DNA of 64,000 bases from Octopus vulgaris (Eukaryota), in the NCBI GenBank assembly GCA_951406725.2, contig OX597822.1:51770001-51834000 (forward strand), read 5' to 3'. A program made the position numbers and the translations under genes. Position 1 is the stretch's first letter; every line of letters begins with the position of its first letter. The notes beneath the pieces are model-generated. The model did not search any database and was not told where the DNA came from. It worked only from the letters and a program-made list of their open reading frames with translations. This document shows, in pieces, positions 28,445 through 41,004 of this stretch.

Positions 28445-28720
28445 ACTGGTCAAAATCTACAAAGAACGTCTGAAATGTTTGCCCTATTTTGAATATTTGG
28501 CTGCAATGTAGGTTCATCTGCGAACTTGAACTGTAGATCAAGTTGCTTTTTGAAGACATCTGACCCCACTCTATGTAGATATCTCCGGATTCTCGGCAAG
28601 ATATTACATAGCTGCGCACCTTTGCATTCCAACCTATAGCAGTGCCTAGTCCTCATTGTAGATAGGATAGGTGGGACTTATATGAAGCAAGTTTTTCTAC
28701 TCCACATTTATCAACAGCCC
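28445..28720 (-). mobile_element. CR1/L2-group LINE 3' relic
   Basis: ORF 28450-28656 KGAQLCNILPRIRRYLHRVGSDVFKKQLDL...DEP resembles the GP.LFN.LP..LR....FK..LD..L..VPDEP C-terminus. Confidence 0.7.
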
Positions 28721-29914
28721 AACGTTGGATAAAACTCTTAGTAGACTAGCAAATTTGATTTTTACAAGCACACACACACATGCACCTGTTTTGAAAACGT
28801 ATCTGTCTTTAGTATCTTTGCTGATTTCTTGAAATTGTCATTCCTAATGGAGTCATCAAGATTCCAGTTCAAACTGACGTAAAAACATACGTCCTCATAA
28901 GCGTCAATGAAAATATAAAGGTGTTACTGACTGGATATACATTTTCATAGTATCATGCATAGGCATATTTATGAATTATAACAGAAGTATGTAATTATAC
29001 ATGTTATAATCTGCAGATTACGTAAGTGTTATGCCTTGGTCAAATATTTAACAACTCTTCTCTTATGAATTTAATTATATAATCACAACGACATTAACTA
29101 CAAAAGATGAAAAATATGGTGTTTCCTATTGATATGATTGATATTACTCTATTCTGATTAAAATTAATGATTATATTGTCAAATAACAGCACCTTTGAAT
29201 TAAAAAGTTTAATAGATAGTTCTCATTTATTATGTAATATAATTAAAATTTGCTAGAATATGTCAGTTTTATCAAATGTATATCCGACCGACTAGTAGCT
29301 TTTTTACGTAGTCTACATGAAAGAAAAATAACTTCATTAGTTCAAAATTAGACATGATTATTCTCATCTATGATGTAATATAATTAAAGTTTCTTAGAAT
29401 ATTTTTAGTTTTATCTATTATGAACTCGAGTCATCGAGTAGTTTCTTTTATCATTCAAAAGGAGAGAAATATAACTCATTCTTTCGTGTTCAACAAAGCA
29501 TTTTATTACAGTCATTATTCTTAATTCTTGTTATGTAATATGAGGGAAAATAAAATAATGAGAATTAATGTCAGTATTCGAAGATTTCCATTACAAAAGC
29601 CTGCACTTGCAAAATATATAGCAGCGATTTACTGTTTAAATGCTGTCTCAGAACCATGGGATCGAATCCCTAAATTATTACAAAATGAGACCCAAATTCA
29701 CCGCCACAGATCTGGAAAAAACGGCAAAAAGCAGGGTTGCCAAAACCATTTCTTTGACTCGTCAGCTAGCGATTTCGTGTATACAGGGCAGAGGATCATT
29801 GGACACACAAAGGAGTAATAAAAAAATATATGAGAAAGCATAAAAGCCATACAGATTATAACTGTAGAATCGCTGTTTTCGTATATGAAAGAACATTCGT
29901 TACATTGTAGACAA

Positions 29915-30115
29915 AGGGGGCGAGCTGGTAGGATCATTAGCTCGCCTGTCAAAATGTTTAGCGATATTTTGTCCGTCTTTATATTCTCAGTTCAAATTTC
30001 GCAGAAGTCGAATTTGCTTTTTATCCTTTCGGAGTTGATGAAATAGGTACACGTTGAGCGAGGGGGTCGACTTACCCTCTCCTTAGAAATTGTGCGTATA
30101 GCAGAAAGGATTATA
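29915..30115 (+). mobile_element. SINE family C (MetaSINE-like core)
   Basis: tRNA-like head GGCGAGCTGGTAGGATCATTAG...GTTCAAATT, then GTCGAATTTGCTTTTTATCCTTTCGGAGTTGATGAAATAGGTAC, shared with 39334 and 63261. Confidence 0.75.
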
Positions 30116-30241
30116 AAGTAGGAAAAACAAGAGATTGTTAATCGAATCTCTTTATCAATCGCTCTAGTAGTAAATGTTATATTGCTTTGATTTAATATTA
30201 CTTACATTCTCTCTCCCCCCACACACACACACTCATATATA

Positions 30242-30648
30242 TCTTTAATCTTTTACTTGTTTCAGTCAATAGACTGCGGTCATGATGGGGCACCGACTCG
30301 AAGAAGTTTTAGTCGAATGAATCGACATCTGGGCTAATTCTTTTAAAGCCTGGTATATATTCTATCGGTCTCTTTGGCCGAACCTATATAAAAGTTTCAG
30401 GGGCGTAAACATCCCAGCACCGGTTACCAAACGGTGGTGGAAGATAAGCACAGATAAAAAGATACATATTCACACACACACACACGCACACATGTATAAG
30501 ACGGGCTTCTTTCAGTTTCCGGGAACCAGATCTTCTCACAAGGCTTTAGTCTGCCCGAGGCGATAGAAGGAGACACTTGCCTTAGGTGCCACACAGTGGG
30601 ACTGAACACAGAATGCTTTGGAAGCAAGTTTCTAACCACACAGCCGGC
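30242..30648 (-). mobile_element. SINE family A, full length
   Basis: Reverse complement of the 10724-11275 head and tail, with a short internal (CA)n. Confidence 0.88.
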
Positions 30649-31932
30649 GAGGGTATACTTTGAAGTGCAAGCTCAACATGGCAAAATCAGTGTGTACTGG
30701 TTAGTTAATATGTGGTCAATGAGTAATATTTCCTCCACAGAACGAATATTAGTTTATAGCAATTTACACTATGTGCATTTTTTTCAGATATAAATTTGTT
30801 TGACTGATCTGCATAATATTGCATCGATGTGCAATATGAATGAGCTGATTAACAGAAGCTCTGCATGGTAACATGAGAATTAAAATATATAATACAATTT
30901 CTAATGAGTAGAGTTGTATTAAAAAAACTTTTATAAGACATGAATCAAGCGATGCAATTAGAATGTAAAACAAACTTGCTTCGGAACAAAGTCGATCGGT
31001 GTGAGTGTCAGAGTCCAAATGCCACTTTCATACAACCTTTGAATTCTGACACAAATGTTGCCGTATAATTATGTACTCTATGTTAGGTGGAATCTCTTTT
31101 TTTCATGTTTCATAATATTGCTTTTTTGCAGGATATGAACTAACATGACTTCCGTATAATATGAAAAGAAGAAAAGCTTTAGAAGACAAAATTTCGCAAT
31201 TATCTTAAACACTAAACTTTGAGAATAATTTAATATTCATATTATTTTCATGATTTTGAAAAAAATCACCATTCTAAATAAGGCAATTCGAGTGCAGTCA
31301 TATAAGTTCCATATTTTTAATGAACTTTTTTTATACGTATAAAATGTCATATCATGGCACAAATATGCAGTTTAAATGTTGTTACTACTAGTGATTAGTT
31401 GCATTTCGAGGAATTAGATATGCGTTACTATTCTAAAAGGTTTTAAATCTTTTCATATAAAAGGCTGAGTAACATATTTTAGGGAGTTAGACTTTCTGGA
31501 AGTATCTGCATCAATAACTAGCAACAAATTGAATTGAAAAATTCTTGAATGCTTTCTTAAAATTCCGAGTTCTCCTATGTGAAGAATGAACAATGGTCAA
31601 AGAAAAGGATAGCTGGTATTGTTATATTGAAATAATTAATGAAGCGAACGAATCCTTACTTCCGCTGAAATGGGCATACTATTTATTTCTACTTCCTGTT
31701 TGCAACAATTCCACTTCAGCTGGCATTGAAACATTTCGGAATAACATGGGCGATTTAGATTAGTTTAATGAATGCGAAATCCCAAACTGGTGGTATTATA
31801 GAATCATTGCCGTTATAGGAAACGGAAATGTGTCAGGCGAAAGTGGGAAAGCCTTATTGTGTATCAATGTACATCGGTCTTTCATAACTTAAGTACACAC
31901 TACCATACACTCACACAAACACGTATATATAT

Positions 31933-31989
<57 letters not shown>

Positions 31990-32626
31990 TGTATGTATGT
32001 GTGTATGTATATACATATATTTCTATCTACCTACTCTCTCAATATATATATATATATGTATTATATATACACATACACACATATAAATATATACATATAC
32101 ACAGACATGTGTCTGTGCATATCCGTACGTAAATGTACATATAATATTTATATATGCACATACAACCATACACATATATATGTTTTTACGTATATGCATC
32201 CGCATACGTACATACATCTGCTGCACACATACGTATATTTTATATAAGGATGGAAGTAAATATCATTCTTATTTACCTTGCCCATTAGAAAACGTTATAT
32301 AAACGGTTATCTTGATACAAGTAACAACTATTGAACATAACAAATATCCCAAACACACAACTGTGTTACATATTATGTGTGTGCATGTATGTATGAAGGT
32401 ATGTATGTGCGCATATGTCTATGTTTGTGTGTTTCTGCGTGTGTAGCATGTGGAATTATTGTTGGAAGAAATTAGTACATAAAAAAATAAACCAATAAGA
32501 TATAAAAATATATATAACAAAGTTATATAAAATTTCTTTTCCCTTTCAATAAATGTCTTCGATGTGCTTAATTCTTCACGAATTCCATCACGAAATTCAA
32601 TGGTACACATGGTTTATCAGCAACAC

Positions 32627-32662
<36 letters not shown>

Positions 32663-32709
32663 TCGTTTATGCTCACGCTACCTCACCATATACATACATA
32701 TCTCTATGC

Positions 32710-32960
32710 GTTTTGTCCTTGAGCAATACACTTTATTTCACGTTGCTCCAGTTTATCCAGCTGGCGAAAATGAGAAGTGCCTGTATTTCAAAGGGCCAGC
32801 TTTGTCACACTCTGAGTCACGCTGAAACTCCCTGAGAACTGCGTTAATGTTACACGTGTCAGTGGAGTGCTCAGCCACTTGCGCGTTAATTTCACGAGCA
32901 AGATGTTTCGTTGATCGCATCAGTTGGGACCTTCGTCGTCGTAACCGACGGAGTGCTCCT
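32710..32960 (+). mobile_element. SINE body (5'-decayed)
   Basis: Begins with CORE-like TGTCCTTGAGCAATACACTTTATTTCACGTTGCTCC and ends GTCGTAACCGACGGAGTGC before (TA)n. A second copy lies near 8480. Confidence 0.7.
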
Positions 32961-32961
32961 G

Positions 32962-33026
<65 letters not shown>

Positions 33027-33124
33027 TAAAGACTTTTCTATTCTTGAGCGTTATACTAATACATCTCTTTGTTTTGTACACCGCCTGTCTTCGTCTTCTG
33101 TTTTTTTTCGTAAACTCTCCCTAT

Positions 33125-33180
<56 letters not shown>

Positions 33181-33262
33181 TGACAGTTTAGCCAATAAAA
33201 ACACACCCACTGTATATTTGGTGTTCACTTACTTCACCTTTATTTCATATTAATTGCATTTC

Positions 33263-33306
33263 GGCCAGAGTTCTTTCGTCACACTCCTGTGACCTAATCG
33301 GTGGTC
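33263..33306 (-). ncRNA. hammerhead motif in PLE repeat (degenerate core CCGATTA)
   Basis: Minus strand GACCA-CCGATTA-G-GTCAC AGGAGT GTGAC-GAAA-GAAC-TC-TGGCC. Confidence 0.6.
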
Positions 33307-34277
33307 TTTGCTTTCTTCTTTCTACTAATGATCTGCCATGTTGTATTCCTATTGTTTGTCTTTATCTGCGCTTTATTTGTGCTTATATCCCTGTGTTTTT
33401 CTATGTTTAGTGTGGGGGAGATGTGCCTGCATTATCAGTATCCCCTGTTTATGAACGTTCGTTTAATTTAACTTCCATTTATCGTATTCATTTGTTTATA
33501 TCTAATTACTTTTCTTTTCTTTCTTTTTTGTATTAATTTAATTTACTTTGTTTATGTATATAGTTATTTAATACCATTTATTTATCTGTGTATTGTATTA
33601 CGTTCATATTATCATCAGTTTATTAGGATCCTGTTCTGTCAGAGGTTGTGGTGTGTTTGGTGTGTGTGTTCTAGTATTACATTCTAGTTTTCTATTCAGG
33701 CTAGGTTTATCTTCTGTTATGTGTGTAGCTTCTGTAATTTGTCTAAGCATTGCGTCTCTTCTATGTGTGGACAAGATTTTAACTTCTCTATGCTGTTGAG
33801 TGAGCCTCCGTGATCCTGCTCTGCATGCTGGTACAGAACCGTTGAGCTCTTCTCTTCCTTAAGTCCCCCCCCCCAATGCTCATTTACCCGCTCTCCTATG
33901 TTCCGTGCTGTTTCCTCTACGTACGTCATTGTCTTGTTACTTCACTGTCCCTCTGTATATCTTATACTATATATTACATTCGTAGCTTTATAGTTTGTTA
34001 TGAAGGCTAAATCTACAAACAATACAGATCCTATCAGTACAATAGGTTCTACTAAAAGGGTTAGTTGTAATCTGTAGAAATAAATAAAAGTAAATCAAAC
34101 AAACGTACATAAACAGGGGATACTGATAATGCAAGCACATCCCCCACACACACTTACTAGACATAGACACACAGAGGAATATACGTATTCGCAAATAAAG
34201 ACACATACAATAGGAATACAAAATGGTAGATCATTAGTAAGAGGAGACACACACAAAAAAGAAAGAAAAACGCAAAG

Positions 34278-34321
34278 GACTACTAATGAGGTCACAGAAG
34301 TGTGACAAAAGAACTCTGTTC
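34278..34321 (+). ncRNA. hammerhead motif in PLE repeat (degenerate)
   Basis: GACTA-CTAATGA-G-GTCAC AGAAGT GTGAC-AAAA-GAAC-TC-TGTTC. Confidence 0.55.
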
Positions 34322-34446
34322 AAAATATAATTCATATCAAATAAAGCTGAAGCAGGTGAATTGGCTAAACTGGCAACATAACCATCCCCAAATACAACAA
34401 TATCTGTTTCAATAGATAAATTCACATCAAGAATCTTGCAAAACGA

Positions 34447-34493
<47 letters not shown>

Positions 34494-34515
34494 CTATGAA
34501 GCATTATGTAGAGTC

Positions 34516-34729
34516 TATTGTATGAAGGATCGTAGGTAAGGCGAAAACAATGCGGAGTAAATGCAAGGTAAGTCGGCAACAATCGTCAATTCCCTGAAAA
34601 TGGGGTCATAACCCCGAAATATTGAATACAATGTAAGTCTACATTAATTTACATCTTTGTTTTCTTGTGATTTACCTTGTATCTACTTCGCAATGTTTTA
34701 GCCTTACCAGCGCTTTTATTTATACAATA
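34516..34729. repeat. imperfect inverted repeat enclosing a hammerhead-like motif
   Basis: 34535-34574 and 34669-34708 are complementary at 34 of 40 positions. Confidence 0.85.
34589..34627 (+). ncRNA. degenerate minimal hammerhead motif
   Basis: ATTCC-CTGAAAA-T-GGGG TCATAA CCCC-GAAA-TA-TT-GAAT. Confidence 0.5.
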
Positions 34730-35533
34730 TAGGTGTGTGTATGTGTCTGTCTGTCTGTCTGTGTGTCTGTGTGTGTGTGTGTTAAGAAAAGAATTTATCA
34801 AGAAGAATATTTATGAATAATTTTAGTATATATCAAATTTCACACAATAGAGGAAGGAAAAGAAAATATTGAAATAGTTCAATATTTATATAATCTTTGG
34901 AATAACCTGAAACTTTTTCTGTATATATATATAGCAGCAATGTTTTATAGTAGTTAATTGTAGTACTACATGATAAGACTTCCCCTGTTCCATTAGCATT
35001 GGTCTGCTTAATAGCAGCCAACATCTTGTTTGAAGTATTCTCTTACTAAACCTCATGACATTTCTTCAAATAAATCTTGATTTTATGACTATACAATCTA
35101 GAATGTCTGTCTACTCCACCAACTCTACTCCAAACAGATACTACCCCCTGTCTTCTCTCAGCCTTAAATATACAAAGGATTTGATAAACTAGTCTATAAA
35201 ATAAAAACTACCCACCCCCCACACACACACACACGTAATTAAAACTAAATAACAGAAATAAATCAGTGAAAAGCAGTGTCTTCTTGAAAAAAAAATTTCA
35301 GTTACAATTGTGATGTTGTTGGTAAAACATGTTCTTTGTCTATCTCCTTATCCTATTTGAGATTTTGTGTAAAATTATACTAATGCGTCCTTCTAATTTA
35401 ATTAAATTCTATGTCTTTGTGTAGCTAAAGTTTGCTCTACATTTTAAATTGATGTAATAAAATGATTGCATTTTTCAATTAAATGGAATCGCATGAAACG
35501 CTCGTACTGCATTACCTCTAGATATCCTTGTTA

Positions 35534-35565
<32 letters not shown>

Positions 35566-35566
<1 letters not shown>

Positions 35567-37670
35567 TAGCTTAAGGTGACCCGCTCTACGCACGGGTAAG
35601 AGTGTGGTTGTTATTTACTGTTGCATCCTTTCGGCACGTAAAAAACAGCGTGCGAACGTGGCCGATGGCAGCGCCGCCTTGACTGGCTTCTGTACCGGTG
35701 GCACGTAAAAACACCAACCGATCGTGCCCGTGGGTGCTTTTTTTGTGCCACCGGCACAGGTGCCACGGGGGAGGGGCGCTGGCACTACAATCACGGAGTG
35801 GTTGGCGTTAGGAAGGACATCCAGCTGTAGAAACACTGCCAGATCAGACTGGAGCCTGGTGCAGCCTCCTGGCTTCCCAGACCCCGGTCAAACCGTCCAG
35901 CCCGTGCTAGCACGGAAAACGGACGTTAAACGATGATGATAATGATGATTCTCCCTCTTTGTTTCTCTCTCCTTTCTCTCTTCTTTTCCCACTCTATTAC
36001 TCTTCCTTTCTCTCGGACTCTCCCTCGCTTTCTCTTACTCACTATCTTTCTTTATCTATCTCTCTCCCATTTATAAACAACAAAAGATCTTGAGTAAGTT
36101 GAGAAAGAAAGTAGTTTGAAAGATCAATCATAAATATCAGGCAGTGACAATGGAAAAGGTCTGCTTAAAGGCAGAAAGCAAAACATTAACATTTAAAAGG
36201 GACAGACGAACGAGCTGAATAAAAATAAAAAAATATTGGAAACCAAAGTTTTAAAGGATAGAATCTGAGGATAGTAGAGTCACCATTTCTTAATGACGGA
36301 CAGTAAAATAGTGGCAGTTTAACGGCTGGCGTAAAATTTTAAACTTGATGTAAAAGAAAATTCCTAAACACCAAGCTTTGAAGTGATTCTTTCTCATGAC
36401 AGTAGACTCACCATGGCAAGCATTCAAAACTTCTTCATCATGGACGGCAAGACATTGACGATTTAAAGGCTGGTGCAAATTTTTTAGCTTCATGTAACAG
36501 AGAATTCCTAAACACCCGCTCCTGTAAATTTTAATCCCCTTCAAGCCCCATTTCGACCTCTTTTCACATTTTGGTTAATATAACCCAATTTCATTCGGGT
36601 CTACTCGGGTCACATTTTATAAGATCAGGAATTTTGTCCTAGAGGTCACGCCTTTCATTTGAGGAAAACAATAGTTGCCATGCAAACTCGCCAGCACTTT
36701 TAACTTAGGTGTGCATATTTTCAGCATAACCGACCACATAATGCACACAATATATATATATATATATTGGTTTCCAATATATATATATATACGCATATAT
36801 ATATATATATGTGTGTGTGTACGCATTATATATGCAAATGTATACAAATTATATATATATATATAAATTAAATTAGAGATAAAACTACTATTAGGCAAAT
36901 CAAACAGTGAAAAACATAAACTAAAACATAAAAATAAAAATATAATATACAAAATATATAAAATATAAAATTTAAGAATTTAAATTATTTAAATTTAAAA
37001 TTAAAATTATTAATTTATATTTATAATTTTCTTTTAAAATATATATAACTATCAAAAAGTATTAAAAAGTTTAATATACATAAATACAGATATATACACT
37101 TTGTATATATACATTATATATACATATTTATATATAGAACACACACACACACATATATATATAAATTAACCCAATAAATATCTGATTCATAATATTTGTT
37201 CTCATGATTGTGTGGTGGTTGTGGCGATGATAATTCTGTCTATGAATGCAGACAGACGTAGAGAGAGAGAGAGTGTGTGTGTGTGTGAAAGAGCTGCCGA
37301 AGGCGGGGAGGGGGAGATATAGAACGCTGTGAAACGACGTTATAAAGAGAACTTGAAGGGGAGTTAGACGCTGTGAAACGACGCTATATATAGAAAGTGA
37401 TGGGAAGGGAGGAAAGAGAGTGAGTGACGGAGGAAGACAGATACATAAAAGAATGAGAGTAGACTTGTCAAAGTGCGTGTTTGGCCCTAGCAAAGATAAC
37501 TTTTAAGATGGGGATTTGTAACCTAGCCCACTAACATCCTCACCTCATTTTACATGTCCCTGTAAATTTTGGAGTCAATTCGACGGGATCTAGTGGCCTT
37601 TAAGCCGTTCTCAATGCCAAAACCAGACAAAGAAACAAACTTCTCGCATTTCAGATTTATAATATAGAGA
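35566..37670 (-). mobile_element. non-autonomous Helitron with intact termini and nested insertions
   Basis: Minus strand starts A|TCTCTATATTATAAAT at 37670 and ends ACCCG-TGCGTAGAG-CGGGT-CACCTTAAG-CTAG|T at 35566. 5' TC, subterminal hairpin, 3' CTAG, A-T target, no TSD. The 5' portion recurs at 60695-60860. Confidence 0.75.
35624..35950 (+). mobile_element. SINE family D with (GAT)n tail
   Basis: GGCGTTAGGAAGGACATCCAGCTGTAGAAACACTGCCAGATCAGACTGGAGCCTGGTGCAGCC...GACGTTAAACGATGATGAT. A near-identical segment lies at 45115-45303. Confidence 0.85.
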
Positions 37671-37736
37671 TATATACATATACAAATACATATACATTTA
37701 TATATCTATATGGATATTTATATTTACATATATCTC

Positions 37737-37799
<63 letters not shown>

Positions 37800-37821
37800 C
37801 TATCTATATCTCTCTCTACTT

Positions 37822-38213
37822 CATATTCTTTTACTCTTTTATTTGTTTCAGTCATTTGACAGCGGCCACGTAGGAGCACCGCCTTTAGTAGAACAATCGA
37901 GCACAGAACTTATTGTGTGTAAGCCTAGTCCTTATTCTATCGGTGTCTTTTGCCGAACCGCTAAGGATGTAAACACACCAGCATCGGTTGTCAAACGACG
38001 AAGGTGGAAGAAACACAAACACACACATATGCATACATACACATACACATACACACACATATATACGACGGGCTTCTTTTATTTTCCGTCTACCAAATAC
38101 ACTCAAAAGGTTGGATCGCCCCGATGCTATAATAGGAGACACTTACCCAAGGTGCCAAACAGTGGAACTAAATCCGGAACCATGTCGCTGGTAAGCAGGC
38201 TACCTACCACACA
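37822..38213 (-). mobile_element. SINE family A, full length
   Basis: Reverse complement of head and tail, with internal (CA/TA)n. Confidence 0.88.
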
Positions 38214-38216
38214 ATA

Positions 38217-38278
<62 letters not shown>

Positions 38279-38655
38279 CATACATATACGTATATGTATG
38301 TATATATATATACATACATACACTCACACATACCCATATATAAATGTATATTAAAATCAGAGGGTTGTAGTTCTCTTGAAGCATTGCAGTACAGAAGTAG
38401 AAAATGAAGGAAACAAGCAAACATATATTGCTTCTATAAGTGGAGAAAGTTTTCCAAACGATAAAAATGAATACAAAACGAAAAAAAAACGACTAGTTCA
38501 AAATAACAAATTCTATGTAACTACACATATCTTTCACTGCGTTCTTCTGAAAATAGAACTTTGTGCTAGAAATATAGTCTTTTTTTTTTTGTAAAACGTT
38601 CTATATTTTTAGAATCTTTACTTATTTGCCTTTTCCTTCATGTTCCACTTTTGTG

Positions 38656-38759
<104 letters not shown>

Positions 38760-39139
38760 CATATATATATACATACACACAAATACATACATACATACAT
38801 GCAATAGTTATATGCATATACATATGTATATGTATATATAACATATGTGTATGTATGTATGTATATATATAGGTGCGTGTTTAAACGTATACAGAGACAC
38901 GCGATGTCACGCGCACAAATATATATATCTAGATGTACTTGAGAGGTAAGTAATCTTACCTGAGACCGTGTGTCGAAACGACATCGATATTAGCGTGGGA
39001 GACGCATATTCGCCGTTAAAAATTACAGACTTATAACATACAGATTATTTTTTTGTTATTTTTCTCAAAATCTTCGTTACATATACTGCAACATTGTCCA
39101 TCACAAGATTATGCTGCATGTACATACATGTGTGTGTGT

Positions 39140-39300
39140 GATTCCATGTTAAGCTACTCCACTCACGTTCGCCAGATCATGGCTTCGATTCCCGGACCGA
39201 GTGTTGTGTTCTTGTGCAAAATACCTCATTTCCCATTGCTGCAGTTCCTCTTTTCAATCATAGGGGATTGGCTACCTTATCCAGACAGCGGGATCACGCC
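39140..39300 (+). mobile_element. decayed tRNA-derived SINE
   Basis: B-box-like GCTTCGATTCCCGGACCG followed by TTGTGTTCTTGTGCAAAATAC, related to the family B head and the 32710 body. Confidence 0.5.
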
Positions 39301-39333
39301 ATTCGAAGACTAAAATGTTTCATAATGGTCACA

Positions 39334-39472
39334 GATTTTTCCATTCATCCTTTCGGGGTCGATAAATTAAGTAACAGTTACGCACTGGGATTGATATAAT
39401 CGACTTAATCCGTTTGTCTGTCCTTGTTTGTCCTCTCTGTGTTTAGCCCCTTGTGGGCAGTAAAGAAATAGA
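39334..39472 (+). mobile_element. SINE family C 3' part
   Basis: TTCATCCTTTCGGGGTCGATAAATTAAGTAACAGTTACGCACTGG...GTGGGCAGTAAAGAAATA, highly similar to 63261-63405. Confidence 0.85.
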
Positions 39473-39491
39473 TATATGTGTATGCACGTGT

Positions 39492-39542
<51 letters not shown>

Positions 39543-39809
39543 CATGCATAAATCATTTGGGAAAGATTCCTGATTTATTCCAAATATTTGGATAAAGTTT
39601 CTTAAAATGCAAACTATCAATTATTTAATATTACCTTTGAAAACAGAATGACACGATTTTTTTCGAAAAATGTTTTGTTAATGCGCGTAAGTACTTTTAC
39701 CCTATAGTTTTACAAATACACGTGTTCTGGTGGTAATCAGTATAGACTATCCCCTAATCTATACAAACGGATGGTATTGTCGCCTCTCCTTTTCATAATT
39801 TTTATGAAC

Positions 39810-40110
39810 CCGATTGAAATGCGCAGCCGTTGTGAAGAAGTATCATCCTCAGTGAACGTAAGAAAGGTCCACTAGTATTTGTAAACCACATGGTGTTTCT
39901 TGGCTCGTCTCAAGATGATCTCCGGAGTATAATGAATTTGTCTGTTGAAATTAGATTAAGCATTCGTTTGGCAAAGACTGAGACATTGCACTTCTCAAGA
40001 AAGCCCCTTCACACTGAATGTTAGTGGAACATCACTGAAGCAAGTTGAAAGACTTAAATATCTCGGGTCCGTATTCATAAAGACGGGAATCATAAGGCTG
40101 AATTATAAGT
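39810..40110 (+). mobile_element. RTE-clade RT relic
   Basis: LVFVNHMVFLGSSQDDLR (LLFADDLVLLASS..DLQ), AKTETLHFSRK and LNVSGTSLKQVERLKYLGSVF. Confidence 0.7.
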
Positions 40111-40701
40111 ATATTCCAAATTGAAAAAATAAGGTTTTCTGTTTATTATTTCTATAAATAAAATGTGTGCGTGCATGTGTGTGAGTGTGTGTGTGTTTGT
40201 CAAATTAAATACACAAGCGAAAGACCTACTAATAATTTCGTTTTATTATAATACTTGAACAGGCTTTTCTAAAATACGCCGTGTATACCCCCAAGTGTTT
40301 TAAAGCAATCATTCAGGCTCCGTTTATGCGTTATATAAATTTTGATTGAGTTGCGATTGAAATTATAGCAATATGTAGGGATTCATGACATGTGCTGGCT
40401 GAAAATTGTATTGCAACTAAATTCTTACATTGCAAGAATAATAATATGAAATATATGCATGAAGGCAATGCATATCCATAGGCAAATAGATACACTCATA
40501 AGATCATAGAAATTGATGGTATGGTTATAAATATGCTTGGTGGAGTATGATTGGATGCAACAGCATGGTTTCTGTAAGAAATAATATAATGAAATCTGAT
40601 ATGCTGCTTCATTAGCATGCCTTGTAAATTAAAAACTAGTTCGTTGATGTAGATTAATCATATGTCTTAGCAGATATGCTGAACACCCTGCATGCATAAA
40701 A

Positions 40702-40744
<43 letters not shown>

Positions 40745-40751
40745 CACACAC

Positions 40752-40786
<35 letters not shown>

Positions 40787-41004
40787 AAGAATACACACAG
40801 AGAAAATTGCATCTATAATTGTAGAATTAATCTTACAAAACTGACAATTGTTTCTGTTGTATCAACATATTTAGATATAGAAGATATTATTGAAATTAAT
40901 ATGCCCGAAAATATGTTAACGCAACGTTTCCAAGGCGAACCAAAATTAGTTAAATTCAGAGTGAACTAAGAAAATATTTCCAGTACTAGAAGTTTTCTTT
41001 TCTA

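Larger units (their letters stand above)
33182..34378 (-). mobile_element. Penelope-like element 3' end: GIY-YIG fragment between inverted terminal repeats
   Basis: ORF 33717-33929 TYVEETARNIGERVNEH...LYQHAEQDH (YVGETxRxLxERxxEH), with an IVYK motif upstream. 33182-33470 and 34090-34378 are inverted copies of one repeat; a third copy lies at 57945. Confidence 0.88.

Noticed and set aside
29528-29843. Overlapping non-repetitive ORFs
   Set aside because: No recognisable domain or splice structure.
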